From NCBI GenBank assembly GCA_004431415.1, contig QPMI01000103.1, forward strand, positions 62,001 through 126,000: 64,000 nucleotides of DNA, given 5' to 3'. Positions within the stretch are counted from its first letter, which is position 1. Each line of letters starts with the position of its first letter. Of the stretch, positions 51,301 through 63,262 are shown in pieces. A model generated the notes under the pieces. That model had not been told where the DNA came from. It saw only the letters and a program-made list of their open reading frames with translations, and searched no databases. The translations under genes were made by a program, and so were the position numbers. This stretch comes from Cyanophora paradoxa CCMP329. Taxonomy: Eukaryota; Plantae; Glaucophyta.

Positions 51301-54300
51301 CCGGGTTGTGCTTGTCCCCGGGCGCCCCGGCCGACCCGCTGCGGCGCCCCGTCAGGCGGGGGGAGCCAGGAGCGGAGGGCGCGGCGGGCGAACCTCGGGA
51401 GGTTGTCGCAGATGTTGATGATGACGATCTGAGGGGCGGGGCGCGTGAGCGGAGAGGCGAGGGGGGGGGGGCGCAGGGAGGCGAGAGAGGGCGCGCCGTC
51501 TGCCAGACGTTGATGAGGACGTAGAGGCCGACGAGGAAGATGGCCACGAAGTAGAGGACCGCCGCGGGGCCCACCGCCCGCAGCCCGTCGATCATAATCT
51601 GCGGGCGGAGCGCGCGGTGCGCGCCCGCGTCAAGACGTGTGCCGCGCTGGGCTATGCTTCGCTTCGCGGGGGCGGACGCACGTCGTTCCAGGAGTCGCCC
51701 GACATGACCTGCGGAGGCCGCGTCAGAGAAAGGGGGGGGAGAAGGCGGGAGAACGGGCGGGCCTGGAAGACGGTGCGGTAGGCGCTCCAGAGGTCGTCGA
51801 AGGTCTCGCGGCGGGGCGGCTCCCCGGGGAACCGCGCGCACGCCCCCCTGAACACGCACGAGCCCCCGAAGAGCTGCGGGGGAGAGAGAACTGAGAGGGG
51901 GGTAGGGGGCGGGAGGAGGGGAGGAGCGCGCGCGCCTGCATGCCGGTGACGGAGAGGAGGAGGACGGCGACGGCGTAGAAGGGGAGGAAGTTGAGGAGCG
52001 ACTTGACGGCCCGCCACGTGTTCTCCTCCAGCACCGCAAGCTGCGAGGGGGGGGGGGAGGGATGAGGGGGGGACGAGGGGGGAGGGGGGAGGGGCTAGGG
52101 AGGGGACCGTGGGGTCGGCGCGGGCGAGGGGCCGGAGGACGAGGAGGAGGCGGAGGGCGGCGCCGTAGGGGCGGTCCTTCCCCGACGCCACCTCCGCCAG
52201 CGTCCACGCCGTCGCCGCCAGCTCGATCCAGTTCCTGCCGGCCCCGCCCGCTCGGCTCAGCGCGGACTCCTCGGCACGCCGTGCCGGGGCGGGCCGGGAC
52301 GGGAAAACAAAGGAAGCGGGCACCAGGGGGTGGAGAAGAAGCGGGAGCGTCGGACGAGGAGCTCGCCCACCGTGAAGAAGCCTGCAGCCCCTCAGAGGGG
52401 GGAGGGGGGAGGGAGGGGAAGGAGGGGGGGTACCGAAGAAGACGGCGAAGGCGAGGTAGGCGGCCCAGTGGGCCCAGTCCAGCGCCGGCCCCTGGCCCTC
52501 CCGCCACGCTGCCGCCCCGGTTCGGGCGGGAAGGAGAGGCGACGAGAGGAGCGGGGGCCCGGGCCCGGGCACCGCAGAGGAGGGCGAAGTGCGCGAAGTA
52601 GGCGGCGGAGCGGAGGCCTTGCTGGGCCAGCAGCGCGCCCTTCAGCCGCGCCCGCGCTGCCCCCGAGTTCAGGAGCCGGCGGAGCGCGTGCGGAGGGGGA
52701 GGGCCGCGCCCTTGGAGCGGTCCCAGGAGACGGAGGCGCGGCGGAGGCCGGCGGCGCCCGGCAGGCGCCGGCGGAGGCCGCCAAGCGCGTCCCCCGCGAT
52801 CTCCCGCGTCACCACCCACGGGCGGTACCGGTTCCACAGCCTGCGCCCCGTCGCCTGCGGCTGCGCGGGCGTCCAGGGGGCGGAGGGAGCGTGCGGACCG
52901 GTTCTGGACGAAGAGGAGGATGTTGGCGCCGATGTTGCCCCGCGCCGCCTTGGCCGTCGCCTGGTCGATCTCGTCGTACTTCGTCGTGATGGCTGCGAGC
53001 AGGGTTGAGACGAGAGCTCGGCGGGAGGGGCAGGAAGGGAGGGCGGGGCAGGGCGGGGAGGGGCACCGGCGATGGCCATGTTGAGGATGAGGAAGGCCCC
53101 AAAGATGGCCCTGCGAAGATGGAAGTGAGGGGCGGGCTCTGTAGAAGGCGGGGGCGGGGGCGCGCATGGATATGAAGTAGAGGTAGGCGATGCCGACGTT
53201 CGTCGCGTGGCCCGTCCAGTACCTGAGGCCGGGCTCGCCGGGGGGCGGGCGCGGGGGCGGAGGTGGGGTGGAGGAGGGGGCGGGGGGCGCGCACATGTAC
53301 TTGGTCCACTGGGAGAGGGTGACGGACTGGAAGACGGTGAGGGCGGCCAGCCCCAGGTGGTCGAACCCGAGGTAGCCCCACTGCGGGTTCTGCCGGCGCG
53401 GCGCGGGGCGGGGCGAGGAGGTCGGCGGCGCAGCGAACGCGGGGCCGGCGGGGTCGGGCGCGCTCACGCGGAAGCCGGCGGCGCAGTAGGTGGAGGCGTC
53501 GCAGGGGCGGCCGATGCCGCGCTCGAGGGAGCAGAGGTGGGCGGGGTAGTCCTCGTTCCCGGGCCACCCGGCCGGCTCGAGGCCGCCGGTGAGGCCGTCG
53601 ACGCAGCGCTTGTCCATGAGCCCCTCGAAGAGCTGAATGCCCCCGATCGCTGCGCAGGGCCGGTCAGAACGAACAACAGGGAGCAGCAGAACGAAAGAGC
53701 GGGGGCGGGCCGTAGAGGCCGAAGAAGAAGAGGAGCTGGAGGGAGAGGTGGAAGAGGACGGGCCCCACCGCCGCGATCGCCTTCGCCAGCACCTGCCGCG
53801 CCGCTCGGGCACGAGGGCGGGTGGGGAGGAAGGGAGGGGGGGAGGACGGGGCGGGCCCGCATGGTGGGGAGGTAGCGCTTGAAGCCGCGGAAGGCGCGGA
53901 AGAGGCGGAGGGCGCGCAGCGAGTTGAAGGAGCCGACCTGCGGGGCGATCGCCGCCCACCTGCCGCCGGCGAGGCGAGCGCGGGGGAGGCTCAGCGGCGC
54001 GAGGGAGTCGAGGCGGGGCGGCGCCTCGCACCCGAGGCCGACGACGAGGGCGTCGATGACGCCCCACCCGCTCCGCAGGTGCGACCGGCTGCAGAGCGGG
54101 CGGGCGCGCGTGAGGGGAGCTTGCGCGGGCCGGGGGCGGGGCCGGGGGCACGGGTGGAGGATGGCGCCCTTGGCGACGAGCTGGAGGGCGAGCTCCACCG
54201 TGAAGCACGCTGCGCGGCGAGCTGAGGGGCGCCCGGCGGGGCGGGGCGGGGCGGGGCGCCCCGCGGGGCGCGCTCGGGGGTACCCGTGAAGGCGAGCTCG

Positions 54301-55374
54301 ATCGCTGCGAGGGCGGGGCGGGACGGGGCGGGGGTGAGGACCGGCTGAGGGGCGGGCGGGGGGTAATACTAGAGAAGCGGGTGGGCGGACCGTTCAGGAC
54401 CTGGCCCCGGTAGCAGTCTGGCCCATGCTGAGTCTGCGGGGGTACGGGGCGAGTGAGGGTCGCGGGGAGGGGCCCGCGGGTCGGATCCAGACCGACCTCA
54501 CAGACGGGGTCACGGGCCGCGATGGTTACCTGGAAGCGGCGGAGGGCAGGCCGCCGGTCAGCTGGGGCGGGGGCGGGGGCGGGGGCGGGGCGGGGGCGGG
54601 GCGGGGCGGGGGCGGGGCGGGGGCGGGGGCGGGGCGGGCGGGGGTACGCGCGAAGTTGGAGACGGTGAGGAGGAGGAACGTGAAGTACGTGATGCGCCAC
54701 ACGAGCAGCCGCTGGCAGAGGCGCCGCACGCGGTTCTGCGACCTGCGCCCGACCGTCGCGCCCCGGCCGCCGCGGCGCGCGCCCCGCCCCGCCCCGCCGG
54801 CCGCCCGGCCGCACCGGAAGAGGAAGAGGGCGCGGTCCGGGGGGAACGCCTTGCGAAACGCGCTCTCCCTGTGGCGGGGCTCGCGGCGGGGCGGGCGAGG
54901 CGGGGCAGGCGGGGCGGGCGGGGCGGGCCACTGCTCCTGCGGGGCGTCCCAGCGGAGAAGGACCTCGTCCTCCTCCGCCGTCTCCCGCGCCGACTGCAGC
55001 CCGTCCGAGGAGGACGGCAGCATCGCCTGCCGCCGCGCCTCCTCCTCCTCCTCCCGCCGCAGCTCCTCCTGCTCCTGCAGGTTCCACGCCGACGGGCGGC
55101 GCTGCCGGCGGCGTCAGCCGGCGGCGCGTCCCGTGCAGGCTCGGGCCCCGCTTGCCTTCTTTTGTTGCAGGGGCGCCGCCAGGCTCTTCAACTCTTCCAG
55201 GAAGGAGCCCCGGCGGGAGCCCCGGCGCCCGCCCTCGGCCGCGGCCGCAGGGTTGCCCGCAGGCACCGCGGCCGCAGGGTTGCCCGCAGGCACCGCGGGC
55301 ACGGCAGCGGCATCGCCAGCTACGTCCGTACTCGACGCTTCCGGCGCCACTGCTGCGGTGCTGGAGTGCGGCAT
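45370..55374 (-). CDS. Four-domain (24-TM) voltage-gated Ca2+/Na+ channel family alpha subunit
   Basis: Four S4 segments (LRALRLFRAFRGFK; ALRLLLVLRPLAR; KALRALR..LRLLTR; LRALRLIRMS|RLLRLAR), four pore loops (TLSQW, SGDSW, SLEQW, TGENW), S6 NLFIAVVLDAF, EF-hand-like DLDQFASGWERRDPGATGFM and IQ-like LQAAIRGH. Final exon frame uncertain. Confidence 0.92.
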
Positions 55375-55768
55375 AGCTGGCCGTACGCTTGCTTAGCTAA
55401 AGTGGCCCATCGCTAAGTCCGGCTCCTGCTTTCAGGCTGGAGAGGAAGCTGGCGTGCACGTTGTGGCGGTTAAGAAGCTGCACTATGCTGCTCGCGGCGG
55501 TGTGTCGTGCGCGCCATGACCGATCCAGTCCCGCACCGGGCGCTCCAAGCTGTGCGCTGCAGAAGAACGAAGCAGCCAATCAAGTGACGAGGGGTTTTGA
55601 GTGCGTGCTTGCACTGCAGAAGCTCGGACCGTCGGTCAGCCCGGGGTACAGGGTCCGTTCAGTTTTCGTTTGGATCAAATCTGCTCGCGCTTTGAACTAT
55701 TTTCGCAGCTCGCAGTGCTCGCAGCTCTGAACCACTTCCGAAGTTCACGACTAGTGCTAGCTGTGCTA

Positions 55769-58700
55769 CTACACGCGAATGCTGAAGAATAATGGCGGTC
55801 GGAGGCGGAACAGCTCCGCCGCGTCCTCGACCTAACGCGTACGGTGAGCTCGAGCGGCGGACGCGGCCCTGCGACGCAGCGGCGGGCGGGCGGGCAAACG
55901 CGGACGTCTTTCATGGTTTCGATGTGGACGAGGCGGAGGAGGGCGCAGCCGAGGCGGCGGCCGGCCTCTTGGAGGACCTCTCGCAGGGACGCCCCCGGGG
56001 CCACGACCACCGCCTCGGCCCGCTTGTCGTCCGGCGAACGCACCTGGATCCGCACGGGCGCCACCACCGGCACCAGCGCCGAGCTGGGGCCCTGCCGCGA
56101 GCCCGAGTCGGCGGGCGACCGCGATGCACGGCGGCGCGGGGGGGGCGGCGCGCCTGGGGGTCCGGGGCGGGGGCGGGGACTGGGACGGCCACGGGTACAG
56201 CGCCCTCGTCCACCGGCTCGACCTTGAGGCGCTTCGGCGAGGCCGCCGCCTCGCCCGGAGCGTCCGCCTCCGCCTCCGCCCCGCGCTTGGGCGAACACCG
56301 CCGTGCGGCCGGCTCCGGGGTGGGCCCTGGCGAGGGTGACCGGTCCTCCTCCAGGGCCGCCTCGTCCCCGCTCGGGGGCTCCTCCGAGGGGGACGGGGCC
56401 CGTCCCTTCCCGAGGCTCGGGTCGAGAAACGCAAGGAGCCTGCGCACGGGCCGCTCGGCGCGGCGGGGCGGGGGCGCGGCGGGCCGGGGCGGGCCGGGGC
56501 CGGCGCACCGTTCCCAGGCGGCGTCGCCGGCCGCGGCATCCGTTGGGTCCGCTTCCACGTCCCACGCGCCCACCGCCTCCCGCGCCCCCTTCCGCCCGAA
56601 CAGGCGCCGGTAGAAGGGCTCCTTTTTGTACCCTGCCCGCCCCTCGGCCGGCGGTCCACGGGGGAGGGCGCGCGGGCGCGGGGCGGACTGTCGAGGGGGA
56701 AGTTGGTGCTCATGGTCCTCGCCTCCGCGGGCCCGTACGCGGCGATGGCCAGCCGGTCCCGCTCCATCGCCGCCGCCTGCGCCCGCCCGCCCGCGTCAGC
56801 TCCCGCCGACCCCTGGAGGCGTGTGTGTGCGTGCACGCGCCTTGGCCGTGCGGCAAAGCCACCCAAAGCGCTGCGCGGGGCCTCAGGCCACGGCCAGGCG
56901 GGGAAGGGACGAAGAGCTTGAAAGCGGCTCGCCCACTTGCCGCGCCAGTCGAGCGTCGGGAGGAAGCGACCGGTGTTTTTGCACACGAGGACGCCGCGGT
57001 ACTCGCAGCCGCCCGCCACGCCCTCTGCGCGCCGCCGTCACTCTCCGGATCCGAGGGGTTCCGGCACAACGGTGAGCTCACCGGCGGCACCGCAGGACGG
57101 GTCGAAGACACACCCGAGATCACCCGCCTCGCCCGCTTCGCCCGCCTCGCCCGTTGCGGCCGTCGCTGCCGCCGCCTCCTCGGCGCCCCGGCACTTCTTC
57201 ATGAACTTCTTCAGCTAGAGCGGAACCGTGGGCTGGGGTGAGGCGGGGCGTCCGGCGCGCCACGCAAAAGCGGCGGCGGCACCTTGTCCCACATGTCCTC
57301 GCAGTCTGTCCCTGTGAAGTCGCGGAAGCCGAATGCGGGCGCCGCATTGCTCTCCACCAGCTCCCGGTAGAAGCGCTCCCCGCGGTAGTCTGCCGGCTGG
57401 CCCCGTCAGGCGGGAGGGGGAGAGCCGGGCTCCGGAGGTGGGGGCGGGGCGGGCCGTCCAGGGTGTAGTTCAGGCGGCGGCCGCAGTTCGCAGGGCCGAC
57501 CGCGGCGATGGTGTAGCGGTCGTGCTCCCGCGCCGCCTCCTGCCCCGGCCGTCAGGGGGTTGGGGGGGGGGGCCATTAGAGAGCGCACCTCGGCGGACTG
57601 ACAAGGGGCGAGCTTGAACTGCGAGGCGCTCGCCCGGTCAGCCTCGGGCGTTGAGGCGGGGGGGCCGGTGGGCGGGCCCGGGGCCCCGGGGGTACACCTT
57701 CCGGTGGTGGAAGTCGACCTGAGCTTGGAAGAGGCCGCCCACCTCGCGCACCCCCTTCAGGCCCCCGCCCCGCACCCGCCTCACCGCAGCCCCCGGCGCC
57801 ACCGGTACCGCCGCCGGAGGTCGCTCGAGCGCGCACGCCTCCATCGCCATCGAGGTCCACAGCGCGGCCCCCGGATCCGTCATAAACGCGAGCAGGCTGC
57901 ACGCGCGTGAGGCGGGCGCAGGAGGGCCGATCGAGTCCGAAGCGGACCGGTCCCAGGCGCCCAGGGAGCCCGGGTCCGGGTCATTCGCCCCCACGGGCGG
58001 CGCGGGGAGCGACATGAAGAGCCGCTGGTACCAGCCCTCCTGCTCATACACTGCGGGAGGAGGTGTGGGCGTGGGTTAGGGCGGGGGCGCTCCGGGGGGG
58101 TACGGTGCAGGTCGAAGTTGAGGCCGCGTTCGGGGGCGCCTTCTGGCCCCCAGCACCCGATCACGAAACGATCGTGCGCCCTCGCAGCCGCCTGCGCGCG
58201 CCCCGCTCATGCGCGGCAAAAGGAGGGAGCGGGGGGAGATGGTGCGGGGGGTAAGCGCCTCCAGAGAGCTCTCCAATGGGAGGCAGCGCTGCAGTCGGGT
58301 GGGGCCGCTTCAGGCCCCCGGCAGCACGATCGCGAGGGGCGGGGCGGGGCGGGGCGGCGCGCCGTCTCGCCGTCCGGCCACTGGAAGGAGGGGAGGACCT
58401 TGCCGTCCTCCTGCTGCGAGACCCCGCGGAACTCGACCGGTCGCGCCGCGGGGACGATCGCGAGGGCGCCCGGCGCCGCCGCCGGGGCGCACGCCGCCCC
58501 GGCCGACGGCTCCGCCGGGGGACACTTCGCGGCCATGAACTCTTTGAGCCTGCCGAGGGAGGGCGGTCAGAGCGGCGAGGGGCGGAGCGCAGCGGCGCGC
58601 GCCTGGCCCATGCCGCCTTGCTCCCCGGGACGTCGGAGTCGTAGATGCCGACGGTGGGGAGGGGCAGCACCTCGCCCCGGAAGAGCGCTGCGGCGGGCCG

Positions 58701-61481
58701 GGCCCCGTTCGGACGGAGCAGAGCAGAGCAGGGCGAGAGCTCAGCGGCGGTCGGAGCGGACCGCGGAAGAAGGGCTCGTGCTCGTAGCTGGCGAGGGGGA
58801 AGGCGAGGAGGCCGCCCTCGGCGGCCCCGAGGCCCCGGGTGGCGAGCAGGTGCCGGTCCCGGTCCCGCGCCGCCTCCTCCGCAGTCGCCCGCCTCCGCAG
58901 CTTCCGCTGCGCAGAGACGTGCGCTGAGCGATGGGGAGAGGCTCCGGGCTCGTCCGGGCCCCGCGCGCGCGCTCGCACCGTGACTTCGCCCCACACGAAC
59001 GAGGCGCGGAAGGTCCCGTCCTTCTTCTGCACCACGTCCACGTAGCCCAGGGAGCCGGCGGGGGGAGGCCAGCTGCGGGGCGGGGGCGACCCGCAGGCCG
59101 GGCCGCAGCCGGGGGATGGGGGCGCGCAGTCCTCGGACGGCGCGCCTTCAGAGCCGGGGCGCGCCTGCTCCAGCTCGGCGGCGGGGGGCGGCGTCGCGAT
59201 CTCGGGTTCGGGCCCGGGCGGGGCCTCCCAGTCGCCGGTGTCGCAGGCGGCCGCGGCGTCGTGCGGGGCGGCGAGGGCGGGCCGGCGGCGGGCGGCGGCG
59301 CCGGCGGCTCGGCCTCCGCTTGCGTTCCCTGCTGCTCCGCCGGCGGCGCGGGCGCCTCGCGGGGCGGAGCGGGCAGGTCGCTGCGGAACTCGACTTGCAT
59401 GTGGGGCGCCAGCCGCGCCGCCACCTCCGCGAACACTTTGCAGTAGAGCTGCGCGCGGCCCCTCGCTCAGAGCAGGCGGAGGAGGGGCGGGGCGAGGCGG
59501 GGCGGGGCGGGGCAGGGCGGGGCGGGCCAGGAAGGTCCGGCTCCCGATCGGGTACTCGCTGGGCACGTAGACGTGGAGGGAGTACTGGTCCGGGGGCGCG
59601 TCTTTCAGCGTGTCCGCCATCTGCGCCGCCTCAGCGCTGGCAGTAGCCCAACGCTGCGCGGCCGGGCGGGGCGCGCCATCGCCTCCATCGCGGCGGCCAG
59701 CAGGCGCGCCTGCTCAGGGTCGCGCGCCGCCTCCTGCGGCCCGCCGCGTCGGGTCAGGCGGCGCGCGGCGGCGGCGGCGCGGCGGGCCGGGCGCGCCTCC
59801 TCGGCGATCGCGATCTCTTCCGGCGTCAGCGGCTCCGTGCGGCAGTAGCCGGCCTGCGCCTCCTCCCCTCCGGGCGCCGACGCCCCCTCGGGGGACCCCT
59901 CACGCCCCTCGCTCTCGCCGTTCACCTCGCCCTGGCGGGTCTTGTCAGCGTCGGGCCGGGGAGGCGGGACGAGCCTCGGAGGCGAACGAGAAGCCGCGCA
60001 CGAGGCTCTGGGCCCGCTCCCCGCCGGCTCTGCCGCCTGCTCCGGCTCGGGCGCCGGCGGGGCGGGGGCTCCGCGGGGCCGGCGGGCGGGGCCGGCGTCG
60101 AGGACTCCGCGCGAGGGCGGCCTGACGGGCCGGGGGCCGGCGTCTCCGCCGGCGGCGAGAGAGCTCCCCCAGCTGTGGACGAGGGAGCTGAGAGGCGGCG
60201 TGTGCGTGGGCCAGCGGGCGTCTGGGCCGCCGCACCGGCGGCAGAGGCTGGCGTGGCTAGCGAGCCCGCGCTGCGCGAGGAGGGCGCGGGGGACGGCGCT
60301 GCAGGGGCCGTGAGGCCGAGGGCGCCGGGCCGGCGGGGGCAGGGCCGGGCGGGAGGGCACCCAAGGAGGAGGCCCCGGGGGAGAAGCACAAGGGCTCTGC
60401 GGGGCACGTGAGGGGCGGTTCCGGGCCCGCCCCCGCCCCGCGAGCCGCGCGCACGGGAGGGCGGGTAGCTGTTGTGCTTCGGCTCTGAAAAGCGGCGGCG
60501 TCAGGCCGGGATCAAATTCTCGGTAATGGCTGGGGACGCGCCGTTGGCGCGCATGAAGGCCTGCAGCCTGTGCCAGAGGCGGTCCACGTCCGTGGGCACG
60601 GCCTTCTCGGGGTCGTGGAATCCGACGAGGGGCACCGGGTGGCCCTCGCCGCCGTCCCGTCTAAAGAGCTTCCTGTAGAAGGCGTCCCCCTCGTACTCTG
60701 CGGCCGCGGCCGGCTCCGAGGCTCGGACGTCCCGCCAGGCGGGCGCGGCGGGCGCAGCGGGCGTTCGGGCCCCTCGCACCTTGGAGGCGGTAGTTCAGGA
60801 GGCGCTTTTTGTAGAGGGACTGCGCGGCGCGCGCCTCGGCCGGGCTCCGCGCGCCGGCGGGGCTTGGGGAAGGCGGCGGGGCCTCGGGCGGACCCGGAAT
60901 TCGGGCCCGTACGCGGCGATGGCGTAGCGGTCACGCGCGCGCGCCGCCTCCGCCGCCGCGTCGAACTGCCCGACCAGGTGCTGCCCGGCCCCGCGCGCCC
61001 CGCCCCGCCCCGCCGTCAAATTTGAATTCGACGCGCCGCGCACGCCGCGCCGGCGGTCCGGCCGGACGCGCGAAGCGTGAACGCACGTTCTTGCCGAGCC
61101 ATCCCAGCATCGCTTTGAATTTGGCGGTCGTCCCGCGCGTGACGCCGTAGAAGCTGCAGCGGGGTTCGAATTTCAGCGGCGCCAATTGCATGCGCAAGTG
61201 CAGGCGGGGCGCCCGCGGCCGCGGGGCGCGAGAGCGCTCACCGTTCGGGCTGCGCGCTGTGCGAGCGCTCGCTCGGCTGCTCCTGCAGCTGGCCCGCGCC
61301 TACGGGGGCATGCGCAGTGAGCGCGTTGACCGGTGCGGTCGGCGCGAGGCGAGCGCGCATTGAGCCAGCGACTTGGTATAATATTCGAATGTCACTCTGA
61401 TTCAAGAGTCTGTACACGCGGCGCAGAGCTCCCGGACGCACCGGCTTCTGGCCCATCTACTGCGGGGCCTCCTCCCGGCAT
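55769..61481 (-). CDS. Multi-AP2-domain (about five) DNA-binding protein with a C-terminal ubiquitin-fold/KHA-like segment
   Basis: AP2-like motifs FYGVT..EAARARDRYAIAAYG, YVDVV..AEEAARDRDRHLL..FPL, FRGVS..AARAHDRFVI..NFDL, LKGVR..EAAREHDRYTI..NYTL, YRGVL..AAMERDRLAIAAYG..NFPL, joined by plausible splice sites. Start uncertain. Confidence 0.75.
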
Positions 61482-61731
61482 CTCTGGCGCGTCGTTCGCT
61501 GCGCCCGCTAAGGCTTACTGCAAGCCTCCTTCCGCAGTGCAGCGCCCGCTAGAGCCCAGGCTGCAGTTTCGAAAACGTCGTGTACACCGCTTCGAATTTG
61601 AACTTCGTTCGCAGAAGTTACGCAGCAGTTACTTCTTCTCATGATCAGCAGTTACTTCTCCTAGGCCGACGTCCGGCGGTCAGATCGACACGGGACGTGC
61701 ACGGCTGCGAGAGCCGGGGCCGCCGCAGTGC

Positions 61732-63031
61732 ATGGCGTCGGAGGGGGCGCCGGCGGAGCTGCGCCTCGTCGGCAGGGGCCTGGAGGAGTGGCCGGAGGTC
61801 GAGGCGCCGGAGGCTCTGCGCGACCTCGACCTCGCCGGCAACGCCATCAAGGTGCCCGGCCGAGCCGCGACGCGCCCGCGCCGCCTACGCCGCCCTTCCC
61901 GTACGCGTCGTGCGCTTAGCTGGACGCGCGCGTACGTCGGACGTCCGCAGGCGATCCCCGGGGAGCAGCTGGCGCGGCTGGCGGGCCTGGAGCGCCTCAG
62001 CGCGGCGCGCAACGAGCTGGCGGCGCTCCCGCCCGAGCTCGGCCGCCTCGCCCGCCTCGCCGAGCTCGACCTCGGCGAGAACTGCCTCACCCGCCTGCCC
62101 CCGGAGATCGCACTGTCCGCCCCATTCCCCTCTTCGAGCTCCGTTCGCTCGCCCAAAGCTGATGCCCCCGCCCCGCAGTCTGACGCGGCTGGAGACGCTG
62201 GACCTGCGGGCGAACGCGCTGGAGAGCGTACCCCCCGAGCTCGGGCGCCTGGCCTCCCTCCGCCGCCTCTTCCTCAACGAGAACCGCCTCGCCGCCCTCC
62301 CCGACGAGCTCTTTGACCTCACCCGGTACCCCCCTCCCCTCCCCCTCCGGTCCGCGGGGGTACACGCCGATCCGAGGGGGTGCACGTGCAGGCTGGAGGT
62401 GCTGTACGTGCAGATCAACCGGCTGGAGCGGCTGCCGCCGGCCGTGGGGCGCCTCGCGCGCCTCCGCGAGCTGATGGTCTACGACAACAGGCGAGCCCAA
62501 GGGCGGCGCCGGGCCCCCGCCCCCGCCCCAGCCCCTCCTTGTGCCCCGGCCCCTCGTCGAGCAAGCGCGCGCAGGCTCCAGTCGATCCCTCCTGAGGTCG
62601 GCGCCCTGCCCCTCGAGCAGGTGCGCCTGTATCCGGCTACCCCCCCCCCCCCCCCCGGCGCCGGCTGTTCCCCCCCTCTCTGTCTGAGCGGCGGGCAGTT
62701 CGAGTGCTATGAGAACCCTCTCACGGAGATGCCGGGCCCCATATCCTCCCTCAAGGTCCCCCCGCCCCTCGGGGCCGGGCCCGACGGTCGCCGAGCCGCT
62801 GAGAGAGCGAGCCCGTTGGGGCGCAGGAGGGCGCCGTGGACGACGCTGTCCTCGCCCACCTCCGCGCCATCGCCGGTGCGCCTTTGGGGCCTGCGCCCGC
62901 TCCGGGCCCTATCTCACCGGTCCGACCCGCCGAGTCGGCGACGCTGATCCGCTTTCGCAGAGGGGCCTCCGCGGACTGAGGAAGGGGGCCACAGGCAGTG
63001 CTGCAGATGCGGGGCACACCCCGACGCTTAG
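61732..63031 (+). CDS. Leucine-rich repeat protein (SHOC2/RSU1/PIRL-like repeats)
   Basis: About eight LxxLxLxxNxLxxLPxE(L/I)GxL repeats across C-rich introns. Confidence 0.9.
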
Positions 63032-63262
63032 AAAACGTGTAACGAGCCACTCCACAGCGTGGCCCCCCCCCCCCTCCCCCCTCCCCCTTCCCCCCGCCCC
63101 CCCCCCCCCCCCCCCCCTTCGAAGATCTCCCCTCGGAAGAGGTGTCATCTCTAACTCCCTCGATATATATCCCCTCTAGATCTAATTGAATACCTCTCAG
63201 AATCGTATATCGCCTAGTGGCGCCAGTCAAGATCTGGAGATCTTGAAGCGGCTCCAAGCGAA

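Noticed and set aside
51176-55087. 1303-aa ORF (also 44986-46995, 48915-51260, 30529-32037 and similar)
   Set aside because: Extreme GC content removes stop codons. These ORFs are mosaics of true exons and (GCCCC)n introns, or antisense shadows.
63062-63118. Poly-C/G tracts (also 7985-8006, 22203-22222, 32838-32860, 42252-42274) as functional elements
   Set aside because: They fall in introns, UTRs or TE debris with no shared flanks, and homopolymer lengths are unreliable.
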